Shown here: in pieces, positions 48,571 to 57,254 of the stretch
Layout: every line of letters starts with the position of its first letter
Position numbering within the stretch: the stretch's first letter is position 1
Source: Polyangiales bacterium
GTDB taxonomy: Bacteria; Myxococcota_A; Polyangia; Polyangiales; Polyangiaceae
Assembly: GCA_038231275.1 (NCBI GenBank)
Contig: JBBRLQ010000006.1
Span: forward strand, 160,001-224,000
Direction of reading: 5' to 3'
DNA: 64,000 nucleotides
Made by a program: the position numbers and the translations under genes
Notes under the pieces: generated by a model
What the model was told of the DNA's origin: nothing
The model's database searches: none
Seen by the model: the letters and a program-made list of their open reading frames with translations, nothing else

Positions 48571-48746
48571 CGAGTTCATGACGCGCGCGAGGCTCGCGCG
48601 AGCCGAACTCGCCGCCGAGCCATCACGGAGAATCCTAGCGCTCCCCCGGCCCGGCCGGCGAGCCTTGTCAGACGTAATGCGGTCCGGTTCCTCGGCACGC
48701 CCGCCGCTGGCTTCCCTCGAAAGGTGCGTTACCGTCATGAAGCATC

Positions 48747-49121
48747 ATGGGATCCGAAAAGTACCCGCCCGCGCCACCGGATCACGAGAGAGAGCACCTT
48801 CGACGGGGCGACGCCTTCGTGAAGGTCGGTGACACGCACAGCGCCGTGAAGGAATACCTCTCCTACTGCGAGTACCTCGAACACCACCCGCCTGCCGCCA
48901 CGCTCAAAGTGGCAGCCGTTCGCAAGCAGGTCCTGATGTTGCTCCCCGATCGGCGCGACGTGCGCCGCAGCTTGGCCGAGAACTACGTTCAGCTCGGGCT
49001 CGTCGATGAGGCACGAACCGAGCTGCGACGGCTCATCTCGGAGTGGGAGGCGGCGGGGAACCAAGCGGCGCGCGCAGAGGTGCTCGCGCGACTCGAGAAG
49101 CTCTCCCCGTCTCCCGGATGA
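48747..49121 (+). CDS. Small TPR-like protein
   Basis: GDAFVKVGDTHSAVKEY, LAENYVQLGLVDEARTEL. Confidence 0.65.
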   Translation: MGSEKYPPAPPDHEREHLRRGDAFVKVGDTHSAVKEYLSYCEYLEHHPPAATLKVAAVRKQVLMLLPDRRDVRRSLAENYVQLGLVDEARTELRRLISEWEAAGNQAARAEVLARLEKLSPSPG

Positions 49122-49141
49122 TGTTGGTGTTGATATTCATC

Positions 49142-49240
49142 GGACGCCGACCCCGACTCCGACTCCGACTCCGACTCCGACTCCGACGCCGACTCCGACT
49201 CCGACTCTGATTCCGATTCCGACTCCGACTCCGACTCCGG
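49142..49240. repeat. Intergenic (CCGACT)n array
   Basis: About 16 units immediately before the chimeric junction. Confidence 0.9.
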
Positions 49241-49245
49241 TTCCG

Positions 49246-49286
49246 TCACCACTTGTTGCACGTGCGCGACGCGAAGACCGGGGACA
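49246..49286 (-). pseudogene. 41-bp diverged copy of the 3' end of the 51956-52483 lipoprotein gene
   Basis: 39/41 identical to 51956-51996, including the TGA stop (SPVFASRTCNKW* vs SRVFASRTCNKW*). Confidence 0.9.
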
Positions 49287-49380
49287 GTCTCCTCCTCATC
49301 GGCGCCGACGTCGACCCGCGCCCCTCCGATCTCGCCGCCGCCGGCGTCACGCGCGTCGTCCTCGCCGCGGGCGCCTACGA
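49287..49380 (+). pseudogene. 94-bp diverged internal fragment of the 46257-47033 hydrolase gene
   Basis: 89/94 identical to 46756-46849 (LLLIGADVDPRPSDLAAAGVTRVVLAAGAYD). Confidence 0.9.
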
Positions 49381-49570
49381 TGGAGCGGCCCGGCATCGTC
49401 GTGGCGGAGAAATAGCGTCGGCGGCGGCGTCGGCGTCGAACGCTGCGTTGCATGCAACCCATGTCGCGATGCGCTTCTCCTCCGCGATGCTTCGGATTTG
49501 GCCCCAACCGGCCCCTCGGAGGTGGCATACGTGGTGCACTGCACCGCAGCTTCTTCCGCCAAGGGGACAA

Positions 49571-51934
49571 ATGCTCGCTCGAACGCGTCTCGCCGTCGTC
49601 GTCGTCCACGCCGCTGTCGCCCTGGTGGCGTCCTGCGTCGCCCCGCGCGCGGCCAACGCGCTGCCGCCGCCCGATCCGGGAGGGGGCGGCGGGTTGCACT
49701 GCAACCCGTCGGTCACCCTGGATCTGCGCGCGGGCAACCTCGATCTGGGCGTGAACTGGCCGGGCGCGACCTATGTGATCAACGGCGGGTCACCGCGCCT
49801 TCGCCAGGTCTCGTCGGACTGCGACACGACCTTTCACCCGGTGCCTCGTGTCTTTCGACTCGTCACCAAGCCGGCCCAGAGCAACGCGGCGCTCGTGAGC
49901 GGCCCGGTCGAGGCGACGCTGACGACGGACCGTCTCGGCGAGTACGTCGTGACCGTGGAGCTCTGCCCGAACGGCTGCAAGGTCGGAAGTACGACCGTGC
50001 CCGCGCGGACGATGACGTACAAGGCCGTCGCCTCCTTCATCCGAAATGTGCCGCCGGCCACGCGCCCCGTCGTCGCCGCGCAGCCGCAGACATCGCCGAC
50101 CTCGTTCTGCCACGCGGACACCTGCGCGGCGTCGCCGTTTCGCGGCGAGCAGAACGTCGATGTCAAGTGCCAGGGCGGCGGCGATCTCGCGCCGCAGTGG
50201 GTGACCGTCGAGCCGTTCGCAGGGCCGCACGACTATCGCCTCGTGGAGGGCAGGGTGGACTCGTCGGGCATCGCCGGGCGCGACCTCTGGCTCAACCACG
50301 TGAGCAAGGACATGAACGTCACGCTCACCGCGGACCCGCAGTTCGCGTTCCTGTCGTCCCACACCGACGACGCGACAATCGAAGTGGAGTGGGAGCGCAG
50401 CAGCATCCCAGAGCGCTTCCGGCCGTCTCCGGGAGACCGCATGTCCGTCTGGGGCTACCACATCCACGATTGCGGCCACTCGCCGTACCACACGGAGATC
50501 CATCCGCCGGTCGGCGCGGCGGTGCACCGCGCGCGGCCGATTCGATTGCCCGAGAACGCGACGTTCGACTTTCCGGGTGGCCGCGACAAGGTCGGCGCCA
50601 ACGTGTGGGTGCCCGGCGTCGTGACGGACATCTGGTTCAATCGCGAGGCCGGCGGCGTCCTGGGGGACTCGTCGCTCGCGCTGCACCAGCCGGCGCGACG
50701 CATCGTCGGGCTGCCCCATCCGGGCATCGCCGCCGTCAACGGGCCGGCAATCCATGGTCCTGCTTCGCTCGACAAGATCTTCAGCTTCAACATCTACCTC
50801 CCGCCGAGCCCCGCGAAGCTGTACGGAGACCTCGCGCCGGTCCCGCTCTTCACGCAGCACCTACCGTTCTCCGGCACGCCGGCGAATTGGCCGGTTCCCG
50901 CGATCACCGAGCGCACCGACGCCAACGGCGTGCGGTTCCTCAGCGTCACCGTCGACCTGCGCGGCTTCACCGGCGAGGATTACTTCTACCGGGTCGCCGC
51001 CGCGTGGGCGTACCCGAGCCCCAGGAACTGGAGCCTCAAGGCGTACTCGGTGAAGGCGACCGGCTTCAACGTCTTCGACACCGCCGACGTCTTCGAGGGC
51101 GACTGGCGGCTGTGGCTGAACGTGCCCAACGCGAGCAATGTGACCGACGGCATCGAGTGGCTCAAGCTCCTCGACTGCAACGACTGCGTCGACACCGGCA
51201 TGCACACCGCGTCGAGCTGGAGCCGCGATCTCACCGACGCCGACGGCCGCATTCGCGAGCCCGTGCGACTCTTCCCGGGCGAGGCCATGGAGCTCCGAAC
51301 GATCGGATACGACTCCGACACGATCTGGGACACCGACATCGGCGGAATCGACGAGCGCTGGACCTACGAGGAGCTCGGCGACCGCGTCATCGACGAGTCC
51401 GTCAGGAGCTCGACCGGCTACTACAGCTTCAACTACCAAATCGCTCCCGCAGCCCCGGTCGGCCTCGCCACCCTGAGCGCCGGCGCCCTGCACCTCTTCG
51501 ACGCCTACTCGGGGCTCGCGGTTCGCCCCCCGCCGGGCGGCCTCCAGGGCCCGCTCGCTGGACGCGCGAAGGTGACCACCGCCTCCGCACCGGCGGCGGG
51601 GCCGGTGAAGGCGTCGTCCCTCCCGAACCTCCGCTTTACCGGAACGAACGAGCGCAACCTCTTCACGATCACCGACGCCGAGCGTGCACACGCCCTGGCG
51701 ACCCCCGCGGCGCGTGCCACGGTCGAACAGGAGCTGCGCACCCTCCGTCAGCGCGTCTGCACGCTCCTCGGCTCGGCCCACATGCGCCAGAAGACGATGA
51801 GCGAGCTCGCGAAGGTCAAAGGCGGCTTCCCCACGGACATGTGGCAGCGCGTCTTCGGCGATCTCGAGCGCGGCGGGAGCTGCGCGCCGGTGGCCCCCCG
51901 CACAGCACGCCCGCCGCCGGTCATGCTGAAGTAG
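49571..51934 (+). CDS. Large secreted protein of unknown function (cargo 2)
   Basis: AAGGGG RBS; signal peptide; Cys-rich; WGYHIHDCGHSPYHTEIHPP motif. Confidence 0.8.
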   Translation: MLARTRLAVVVVHAAVALVASCVAPRAANALPPPDPGGGGGLHCNPSVTLDLRAGNLDLGVNWPGATYVINGGSPRLRQVSSDCDTTFHPVPRVFRLVTKPAQSNAALVSGPVEATLTTDRLGEYVVTVELCPNGCKVGSTTVPARTMTYKAVASFIRNVPPATRPVVAAQPQTSPTSFCHADTCAASPFRGEQNVDVKCQGGGDLAPQWVTVEPFAGPHDYRLVEGRVDSSGIAGRDLWLNHVSKDMNVTLTADPQFAFLSSHTDDATIEVEWERSSIPERFRPSPGDRMSVWGYHIHDCGHSPYHTEIHPPVGAAVHRARPIRLPENATFDFPGGRDKVGANVWVPGVVTDIWFNREAGGVLGDSSLALHQPARRIVGLPHPGIAAVNGPAIHGPASLDKIFSFNIYLPPSPAKLYGDLAPVPLFTQHLPFSGTPANWPVPAITERTDANGVRFLSVTVDLRGFTGEDYFYRVAAAWAYPSPRNWSLKAYSVKATGFNVFDTADVFEGDWRLWLNVPNASNVTDGIEWLKLLDCNDCVDTGMHTASSWSRDLTDADGRIREPVRLFPGEAMELRTIGYDSDTIWDTDIGGIDERWTYEELGDRVIDESVRSSTGYYSFNYQIAPAAPVGLATLSAGALHLFDAYSGLAVRPPPGGLQGPLAGRAKVTTASAPAAGPVKASSLPNLRFTGTNERNLFTITDAERAHALATPAARATVEQELRTLRQRVCTLLGSAHMRQKTMSELAKVKGGFPTDMWQRVFGDLERGGSCAPVAPRTARPPPVMLK

Positions 51935-51955
51935 CGGCGCGTAGCGGGTGCGCGC

Positions 51956-52483
51956 TCACCACTTGTTGCACGTGCGCGACGCGAACACCCGGGACACGAG
52001 CGAGCTGCACTGCACCTTCACGCTCTTCAGCATCCAGTCGATCTGCGTCTTCTGGCGCTCCATTTGCTCCTTCGTGGCGCCCGCCTCGACGAGGAAGAGC
52101 CGCTTCTGCGCCTGATAGAAGGCCACCTGGTAGAGGTACGGCTTCGCGTCCTCGTCGTGACCGAAGCGGAGGAGCTTGCCGGGCGTGCCGTCGAGCGCCT
52201 TCACGTCGTCTACGCCTAGGAGCGCGTAGCCGGTCACGTCGCGCAACTGCAACGTGAGCGCTTGCTGCCAGAATTTGAGGTCACCGCGCTCCTCGTCCTC
52301 GATGACGCGGATTCCGAAGGTGACGCCCTCGGGCGTGGTGGCGCGGTAGCTGTAGGCGCTCGCGTCGGACTGGTTCTCGAGCTCGACGAAGCCGGGCGCG
52401 GTCTCGACCTTGAAGGGCCGCCCGCACGCCGACGAGGAGAGCGAAGCCGCCAGGAGAGCGGCAAATACGAGTGCCTTTTGCAT
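51956..52483 (-). CDS. Hypothetical lipoprotein
   Basis: Lipobox SSAC; follows the DUF4349-like gene; C-terminal Cys pair. Confidence 0.75.
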   Translation of the reverse strand: MQKALVFAALLAASLSSSACGRPFKVETAPGFVELENQSDASAYSYRATTPEGVTFGIRVIEDEERGDLKFWQQALTLQLRDVTGYALLGVDDVKALDGTPGKLLRFGHDEDAKPYLYQVAFYQAQKRLFLVEAGATKEQMERQKTQIDWMLKSVKVQCSSLVSRVFASRTCNKW

Positions 52484-52509
52484 GTATTTTACAAGTTTCA
52501 CGACGGGCC

Positions 52510-53373
52510 TCACTTCGTCTCGTTCAAGCGCAAGAGGGACGGCAGGCCGAGGGTCGGCAGCCACGCGAAGGGCAAGCGGATCGGCATCGTCTTCAGCGAC
52601 GACGCGCGCGCGTCGAAGTTGACGGTGATCGTCGAGAACGCGATCTTGTCCTTGAGGAGCTTCAGCCGCCCCTCCATACGCTCCATCTCCTGCGTGATGC
52701 GCCCGAGCTCCTTCTCGATTTCGAGCGCCTCCTTCACGGCGGCCTTCTGGAGGAGATCCTGGAGCCGGTCCCGCATCGCGCGCGCGTTCTTGAGGCGCAC
52801 CTCGGTGTCGAGGAACTCGTCGGTCACGTCTTGCGCGGAGATGTCGCGGTGGACGACGTCGCCAGTGGCCTCGATCTTCTTGATCGCCTCCTCGAAGCGC
52901 GCGCGCGGCACGCGGATCGTGATGCTGCGATCTTGGCGGACGGCGAGGTAGCCGCCGACGTCCTTGCCGATCTGCTCGACCTGGCCGAGCGAGCCCTCGA
53001 CCTGGTAGACGGCCATCGTGAGCGTGGCGGTGTAAATGAGGTAGGTGCCTTCGCGCTGGGCTGCTTGCGCGCCTTGCGCGGGGGTGGTCGCGCCGCCGCT
53101 CGGCGGTTGACCGGGCGCGGGTGGAGCGGGCGGGTACATCCCGCCCATGCTCGCGAGCGCCTCGTCGGGCTGCACGAGATCGGCCGGATCGGGGATGCCG
53201 TCGCCGTCCCGATCCGCTTCGTTCTTCTTCGTCTCGCCGCGCGCCCGCATCTCGCGCGCCGGCCCGGGCCGAAGGGCCACGCTCGGTGCCGTGGCGCTCT
53301 TGTCGTACGCCGCTCCCCCGCAGGCCGCGTTGAGGCCCACGGACCCGATCAAGCAAAGCGTCCCTATTCTCAT
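52510..53373 (-). CDS. DUF4349-like lipoprotein
   Basis: Lipobox NAAC; LIYTATL, ITIRVP..RF, QDVTDEFLD..RL, IAFSTITV. Confidence 0.82.
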   Translation of the reverse strand: MRIGTLCLIGSVGLNAACGGAAYDKSATAPSVALRPGPAREMRARGETKKNEADRDGDGIPDPADLVQPDEALASMGGMYPPAPPAPGQPPSGGATTPAQGAQAAQREGTYLIYTATLTMAVYQVEGSLGQVEQIGKDVGGYLAVRQDRSITIRVPRARFEEAIKKIEATGDVVHRDISAQDVTDEFLDTEVRLKNARAMRDRLQDLLQKAAVKEALEIEKELGRITQEMERMEGRLKLLKDKIAFSTITVNFDARASSLKTMPIRLPFAWLPTLGLPSLLRLNETK

Positions 53374-53532
53374 TGGTTCCTCCCGCGGCGACCGCCCGAA
53401 CGACGCTCCAACGTGCGCGCCGCCCCGAACTTACACGCGCCCGGAAGGTCTTGCGACGCTGGCCCGCCGCTGCTAATCACTCTCCCCCTTTGCCGCGCGA
53501 GTCATCTCGCGCACCCACCAGGAAGAAACCTC

Positions 53533-53967
53533 ATGAAAACGCCGTTCAGCCTCGTCAAAGACACCTTCGGTGACAAGTCCAAGCTCGTCGCCGCCCTCGA
53601 GAAGTTCACCGGAGAGGATCTCTGGATCGGCCGCACGAACACGAACAAGGGCCTCGCCCACGTGTCGAACGCGAAGCTCCTCCGCCTCCACGCCACCTTC
53701 TCGGCCGTGAAAGAGAAGTTCGGCACCCGCGCGAAGCTCATCGACGCGATCTGCGACCTCGAGAAGCGTACGAAGGACGAGGGCTACAAGACGCGCATCT
53801 CGGCGTATCCCGTCCCGCGCCTCTGGGATCTTTTCCGCTCCGTCGAGAAGCGGAACAAGGCCGCCGCCGCCCCCGCCAAGACCAAGTCCGCCGCCGCGGC
53901 GAAGCCCGCGAAGAAGGCGGCTGCCCCCGCCGCCCCCAAGAAAAAGGCCGCTCCGAAGTCGAAGTAA
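53533..53967 (+). CDS. Basic hypothetical protein with Lys/Ala/Pro-rich tail
   Basis: VKDTFG/VKEKFG internal repeat; KPAKKAAAPAAPKKKAAPKSK tail; strong codon bias. Confidence 0.8.
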   Translation: MKTPFSLVKDTFGDKSKLVAALEKFTGEDLWIGRTNTNKGLAHVSNAKLLRLHATFSAVKEKFGTRAKLIDAICDLEKRTKDEGYKTRISAYPVPRLWDLFRSVEKRNKAAAAPAKTKSAAAAKPAKKAAAPAAPKKKAAPKSK

Positions 53968-53987
53968 CGCGCGAACGCGGAGGTGCC

Positions 53988-54497
53988 ATGCCCGAGGTCT
54001 CGCTCCGTCACGAATTCGACTGCGACGAGGACACGTACTGGGACAAGACCACGTTCGATCCGGCGTTCAACGAGCGCCTGTATCGCGACGTCCTGAAGTT
54101 TCCCGGCTACGAGCTCTTGTCGCAAGTCGACGACGAGAACGCCAAGACCCGGCGCATCCGCATCGATCCGCCGCTCGGCAACATGCCCGGCGCGGTGAAG
54201 AAGGCGGTCGGTGACAGGTTCAGCTACGTGGAGGAGGGGCGCTTCGACAAGAAGACCCGCCGCTACGAGTTCCAGATCATCCCGAGCGCGATGAAGGACA
54301 AGGCGAAGACCTTCGGCGTCCTTTACTGCGAGAAGCTCGGCGACAAGAAGATCGCCCGCATCGCGCGCGTCACCGTCGAGGTGAAGGTGTTCATGGTGGG
54401 CGGCCTGGTCGAGGACAGGATCCTCGGCGATGTGCGTCATTCGTACGAGGCCGCCGCCACGTTCACCCGACAATACCTGAAAGAACAGGGGCTTTAG
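53988..54497 (+). CDS. DUF2505-like (START/SRPBCC-like) protein
   Basis: GGAGG RBS; FSYVEEG, VEVKVFMVGGLVE. Confidence 0.7.
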   Translation: MPEVSLRHEFDCDEDTYWDKTTFDPAFNERLYRDVLKFPGYELLSQVDDENAKTRRIRIDPPLGNMPGAVKKAVGDRFSYVEEGRFDKKTRRYEFQIIPSAMKDKAKTFGVLYCEKLGDKKIARIARVTVEVKVFMVGGLVEDRILGDVRHSYEAAATFTRQYLKEQGL

Positions 54498-54529
54498 CGG
54501 GCGGAGGCCAGCCGTCTGAAGTCGGCCGG

Positions 54530-54544
54530 TTTACGCATCTTTAC
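54530..54544 (-). promoter_or_regulatory. CpxR-type direct-repeat box
   Basis: Reverse strand GTAAA-GATGC-GTAAA, 62 bp upstream of the Spy/CpxP-like gene. Confidence 0.55.
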
Positions 54545-54606
54545 CTCAGGAATCGCACCCCTCAAGGTCCCCGGGTGCATGCTCTTCTTCGAGAGGTCAC
54601 CACCCC

Positions 54607-55482
54607 ATGACGACGATTTCCCGCATCGGTTCCGTTTCGCTCCTCGCTCTTTCCCTCGCCGTCGCCGCGTGTGGCGGCTCGACCGCGACCGACACCGGCG
54701 CGCAGACCGCGCAGAACGCCGTCACGAAGGCGCCCGTTGGCGTCGCGACGCACGGCCCGGTGAAGATGGTCGGCGACGCGCTCGGCCAAGTCCCGCTCCG
54801 TCCGGAGCAACGCACCGAGCTCGAGAAGCTCGCGACCGACGCCGAGACGCGTCACCAGTCCGTCGCTCCTGCGCGCAAGGACCTCGTCGAGGCCGTCGCG
54901 CTGCAGGTCGAGTCGGGCACGCTCGACCGCGCCGCGCTCCAGCCGAAGATCGACGCCGCCGCGACCGCGTGGGACGGCATCCGCACCCAAGACCGCGCCG
55001 CCCTCGAGCGCGTCCACACCATCCTCGACGCCTCGCAGCGCGCCGCCTTCACCGACGCCCTCCACGCGCAGATGAAGGAAGGCCGCGAGCACCACGGCCC
55101 GGACGGCATGCACGCCAAAAATGGCCACCACGGCAAGATGCAGGAGTGGGCGACCGATCTGAAGCTCACCGACGCGCAGAAGGACCAGATCAAGGCGGCC
55201 TTCCAGGCGAAGGGCAAGGACCACGAGCACGACATCCACGCCGAGATGAAGGACCACCACGCCAAGGGCGGTCAGGTGATGGACGCCTTCAAGAGCGAGC
55301 ACTTCGTGATGGACGAGGTCTCTCCGAAGGTCGACACCAAGCAAGCCGCCGCGAAAATGAGCGGCCGGATGCTCGGCATGATCGAAGTCGTCCTCCCGAT
55401 CCTCACCCCCGAGCAGCGCAAAATCGCCGCCGACAAGATCCGCAGCCACGCGGCCGCGGGCGGCGAAGACCACATGTTCTAG
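54607..55482 (+). CDS. Spy/CpxP-like (LTxxQ) His-rich lipoprotein
   Basis: Lipobox VAAC; LRPEQ, LDASQR, LTDAQ, LTPEQR; His-rich linkers. Confidence 0.8.
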   Translation: MTTISRIGSVSLLALSLAVAACGGSTATDTGAQTAQNAVTKAPVGVATHGPVKMVGDALGQVPLRPEQRTELEKLATDAETRHQSVAPARKDLVEAVALQVESGTLDRAALQPKIDAAATAWDGIRTQDRAALERVHTILDASQRAAFTDALHAQMKEGREHHGPDGMHAKNGHHGKMQEWATDLKLTDAQKDQIKAAFQAKGKDHEHDIHAEMKDHHAKGGQVMDAFKSEHFVMDEVSPKVDTKQAAAKMSGRMLGMIEVVLPILTPEQRKIAADKIRSHAAAGGEDHMF

Positions 55483-55967
55483 CCCGAGTCCGAGACCTTC
55501 GGATTCAGGTAGCGGCCGTAAATGAAGAGATCATTGCCCGGCCAGTAGAAATCGCGGATTCGGGCGACGGTCTCGTAGCCGAGGCGGTCGTAGAACGCGC
55601 GCGTGGAGGCGTACTCGGCGGTGCCGGCCGTCTCCACGCGGATGAGGCGGCCGCCTTCGTTTCGCAGCTCTTCTTCGATCTTCGCGACGAGCGCCTTGCC
55701 GACCCCTTTGCCCTTGGCATCGGGGTCGACGCATATCCAGTACAGGTCGAACGTCCCCACGGTCATGGGCGTCGGCCCGAAGCAGATGTAGCCGAGGGCC
55801 TGCTCGTTCTCCTCGAAGACCCAGAAGCGGTAGGTGTCCTCGCGGCGGATGCCGAGATCGAGGAGCTCCAGGGCGACCTCGCGATCGTCCTCCGAGAACT
55901 CCTTGGTGCGGGTCAGGATGCTGGCGAGCGCGTCACGGTGACGCGCCGCTAGATGCACCAGCGGCAT
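55479..55967 (-). CDS. GNAT N-acetyltransferase
   Basis: DLYWICVDPDAKGKGVGKAL, TRAFYDRLGY. Confidence 0.9.
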   Translation of the reverse strand: MPLVHLAARHRDALASILTRTKEFSEDDREVALELLDLGIRREDTYRFWVFEENEQALGYICFGPTPMTVGTFDLYWICVDPDAKGKGVGKALVAKIEEELRNEGGRLIRVETAGTAEYASTRAFYDRLGYETVARIRDFYWPGNDLFIYGRYLNPKVSDSG

Positions 55968-57126
55968 GGGAGGCTCCCTCTTGTGCTCCCTTGGAGCGCG
56001 CGTTCCGGGGGCGGCGGCGCAGGGCGTAACGAACGAGGAGCTTCACGAGCGCCGAGTAGTCGATCCCGACGCCGGCCGCCGCGCGCGCCATTCCGGCGTA
56101 GCGCGAGAGATCGCAGTTCGGGTTCACGTCGATGACGTAGGGGATGCCGTTCGCGGCGAGGCGCACGTCGACGCGGCCGTAGTCACGGACGCCGACGGCA
56201 CGGAACGCGTCGACCGCCGCCCGGCGAACCTTGGCGGCGAGCGCCGTCGGGAGCTGGGGCATGAGGACCGGGATGGTCCCTAGATCGTCGACCGAGCCCT
56301 CGTTCCACTTCGCCTCGTACGAGACGATCTTGGGACGGTCGTCGGGGAGCGTGGAGAAATCGATCTCCGAGAGCGGGAGCACGCGCGCCGTCGGGAAGCC
56401 GAAGAGCGCGACGTTGAACTCTCGCCCTTCGACGAACTGCTCGACGAGGCACGCTTGCCGGAACGACGTGGCCACCTGAGCGACCACCTCCCGGAGCTCC
56501 GCCTCGTTGTGCACGACGCTCTTGCTCGAGATGCCGACCGAGCCGTCCTCGCGCACCGGCTTCACGATGAGCGGGTAGGAGAGATCGCACGGATCGTCGG
56601 GACCGCGCATCACGCACGACGGCGGGGTCGGGACGCCGGCCTCTTCGAGGAGTCGCTTCACGCGATCTTTGTAAAGGGCGTGTGACAACGCCTCGGGCGG
56701 CGAGCCGGTGAACGGGATGCCGAGGAGCTCGAGGACCAGAGGCACCGCGCTCTCGAGGCGCGTGTCCTGCGCGAGCGACTCACAGAGGTTGAACGCACAA
56801 TCCGGCTCGATTTCCGCCAAACGGGAGCGAAGCCGGGCGAGGTCCCCATCGACCGGAACCAGAATCGCTTCGTGGTAGCGATCGTTCAGCTGCTCGGCGA
56901 CGAACGCCGCGACCGACTCGACATCGGCCCGCGCCGCGTACCCCGGGTCGCCATCGGGCGACGAATCTTCGAAGTCGTTGTTGTAGAGGACGGCGACGCG
57001 CGTTGGCTTCCGCCGAGTCCTCCCTTGTGGCCCCATTCCAGGCCCTATTCCGGGGGCACTACGACCTTGCTGCTTGGAAACTTCGTTGGACGGTTGTGGA
57101 GGTCGAGGCTGGTCGTCTGCCGTCAT
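55933..57126 (-). CDS. D-Ala-D-Ala ligase-like ATP-grasp enzyme
   Basis: FNLCE, PFTGS, IVKPVREDGSVGI, EQFVEGREF, YGRVDVRL, IDVNPNCD. Confidence 0.88.
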   Translation of the reverse strand: MTADDQPRPPQPSNEVSKQQGRSAPGIGPGMGPQGRTRRKPTRVAVLYNNDFEDSSPDGDPGYAARADVESVAAFVAEQLNDRYHEAILVPVDGDLARLRSRLAEIEPDCAFNLCESLAQDTRLESAVPLVLELLGIPFTGSPPEALSHALYKDRVKRLLEEAGVPTPPSCVMRGPDDPCDLSYPLIVKPVREDGSVGISSKSVVHNEAELREVVAQVATSFRQACLVEQFVEGREFNVALFGFPTARVLPLSEIDFSTLPDDRPKIVSYEAKWNEGSVDDLGTIPVLMPQLPTALAAKVRRAAVDAFRAVGVRDYGRVDVRLAANGIPYVIDVNPNCDLSRYAGMARAAAGVGIDYSALVKLLVRYALRRRPRNARSKGAQEGASHAAGASSGASP

Positions 57127-57254
57127 GTTCCGAGTGCCGTACCCTCTCGTTCGTCTTTCAGGGTCACTCGCAGTCCGTCGCGCGCATTCTTGTCGAACGA
57201 CACAACGTCCGCGTACCGTTGCGACTCTAGCACACGCTCTACGCATGAGGACAA

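Noticed and set aside
49142-49240. Repeat arrays as a possible CRISPR
   Set aside because: Hexamer tandem repeats without unique spacers; no cas genes
49253-49570. N-terminal extension of the 893-aa ORF as a hydrolase fusion
   Set aside because: It reads through the duplicated fragments by chance; RBS and signal peptide mark 49571 as the start
46756-51996. Duplicated segments as IS or prophage att sites
   Set aside because: No transposase, recombinase or terminal inverted repeats; the repeats are diverged gene fragments
49006-52257. 1083-aa + strand ORF
   Set aside because: Arg-rich shadow frame; the GC3-biased frame is 49571-51934
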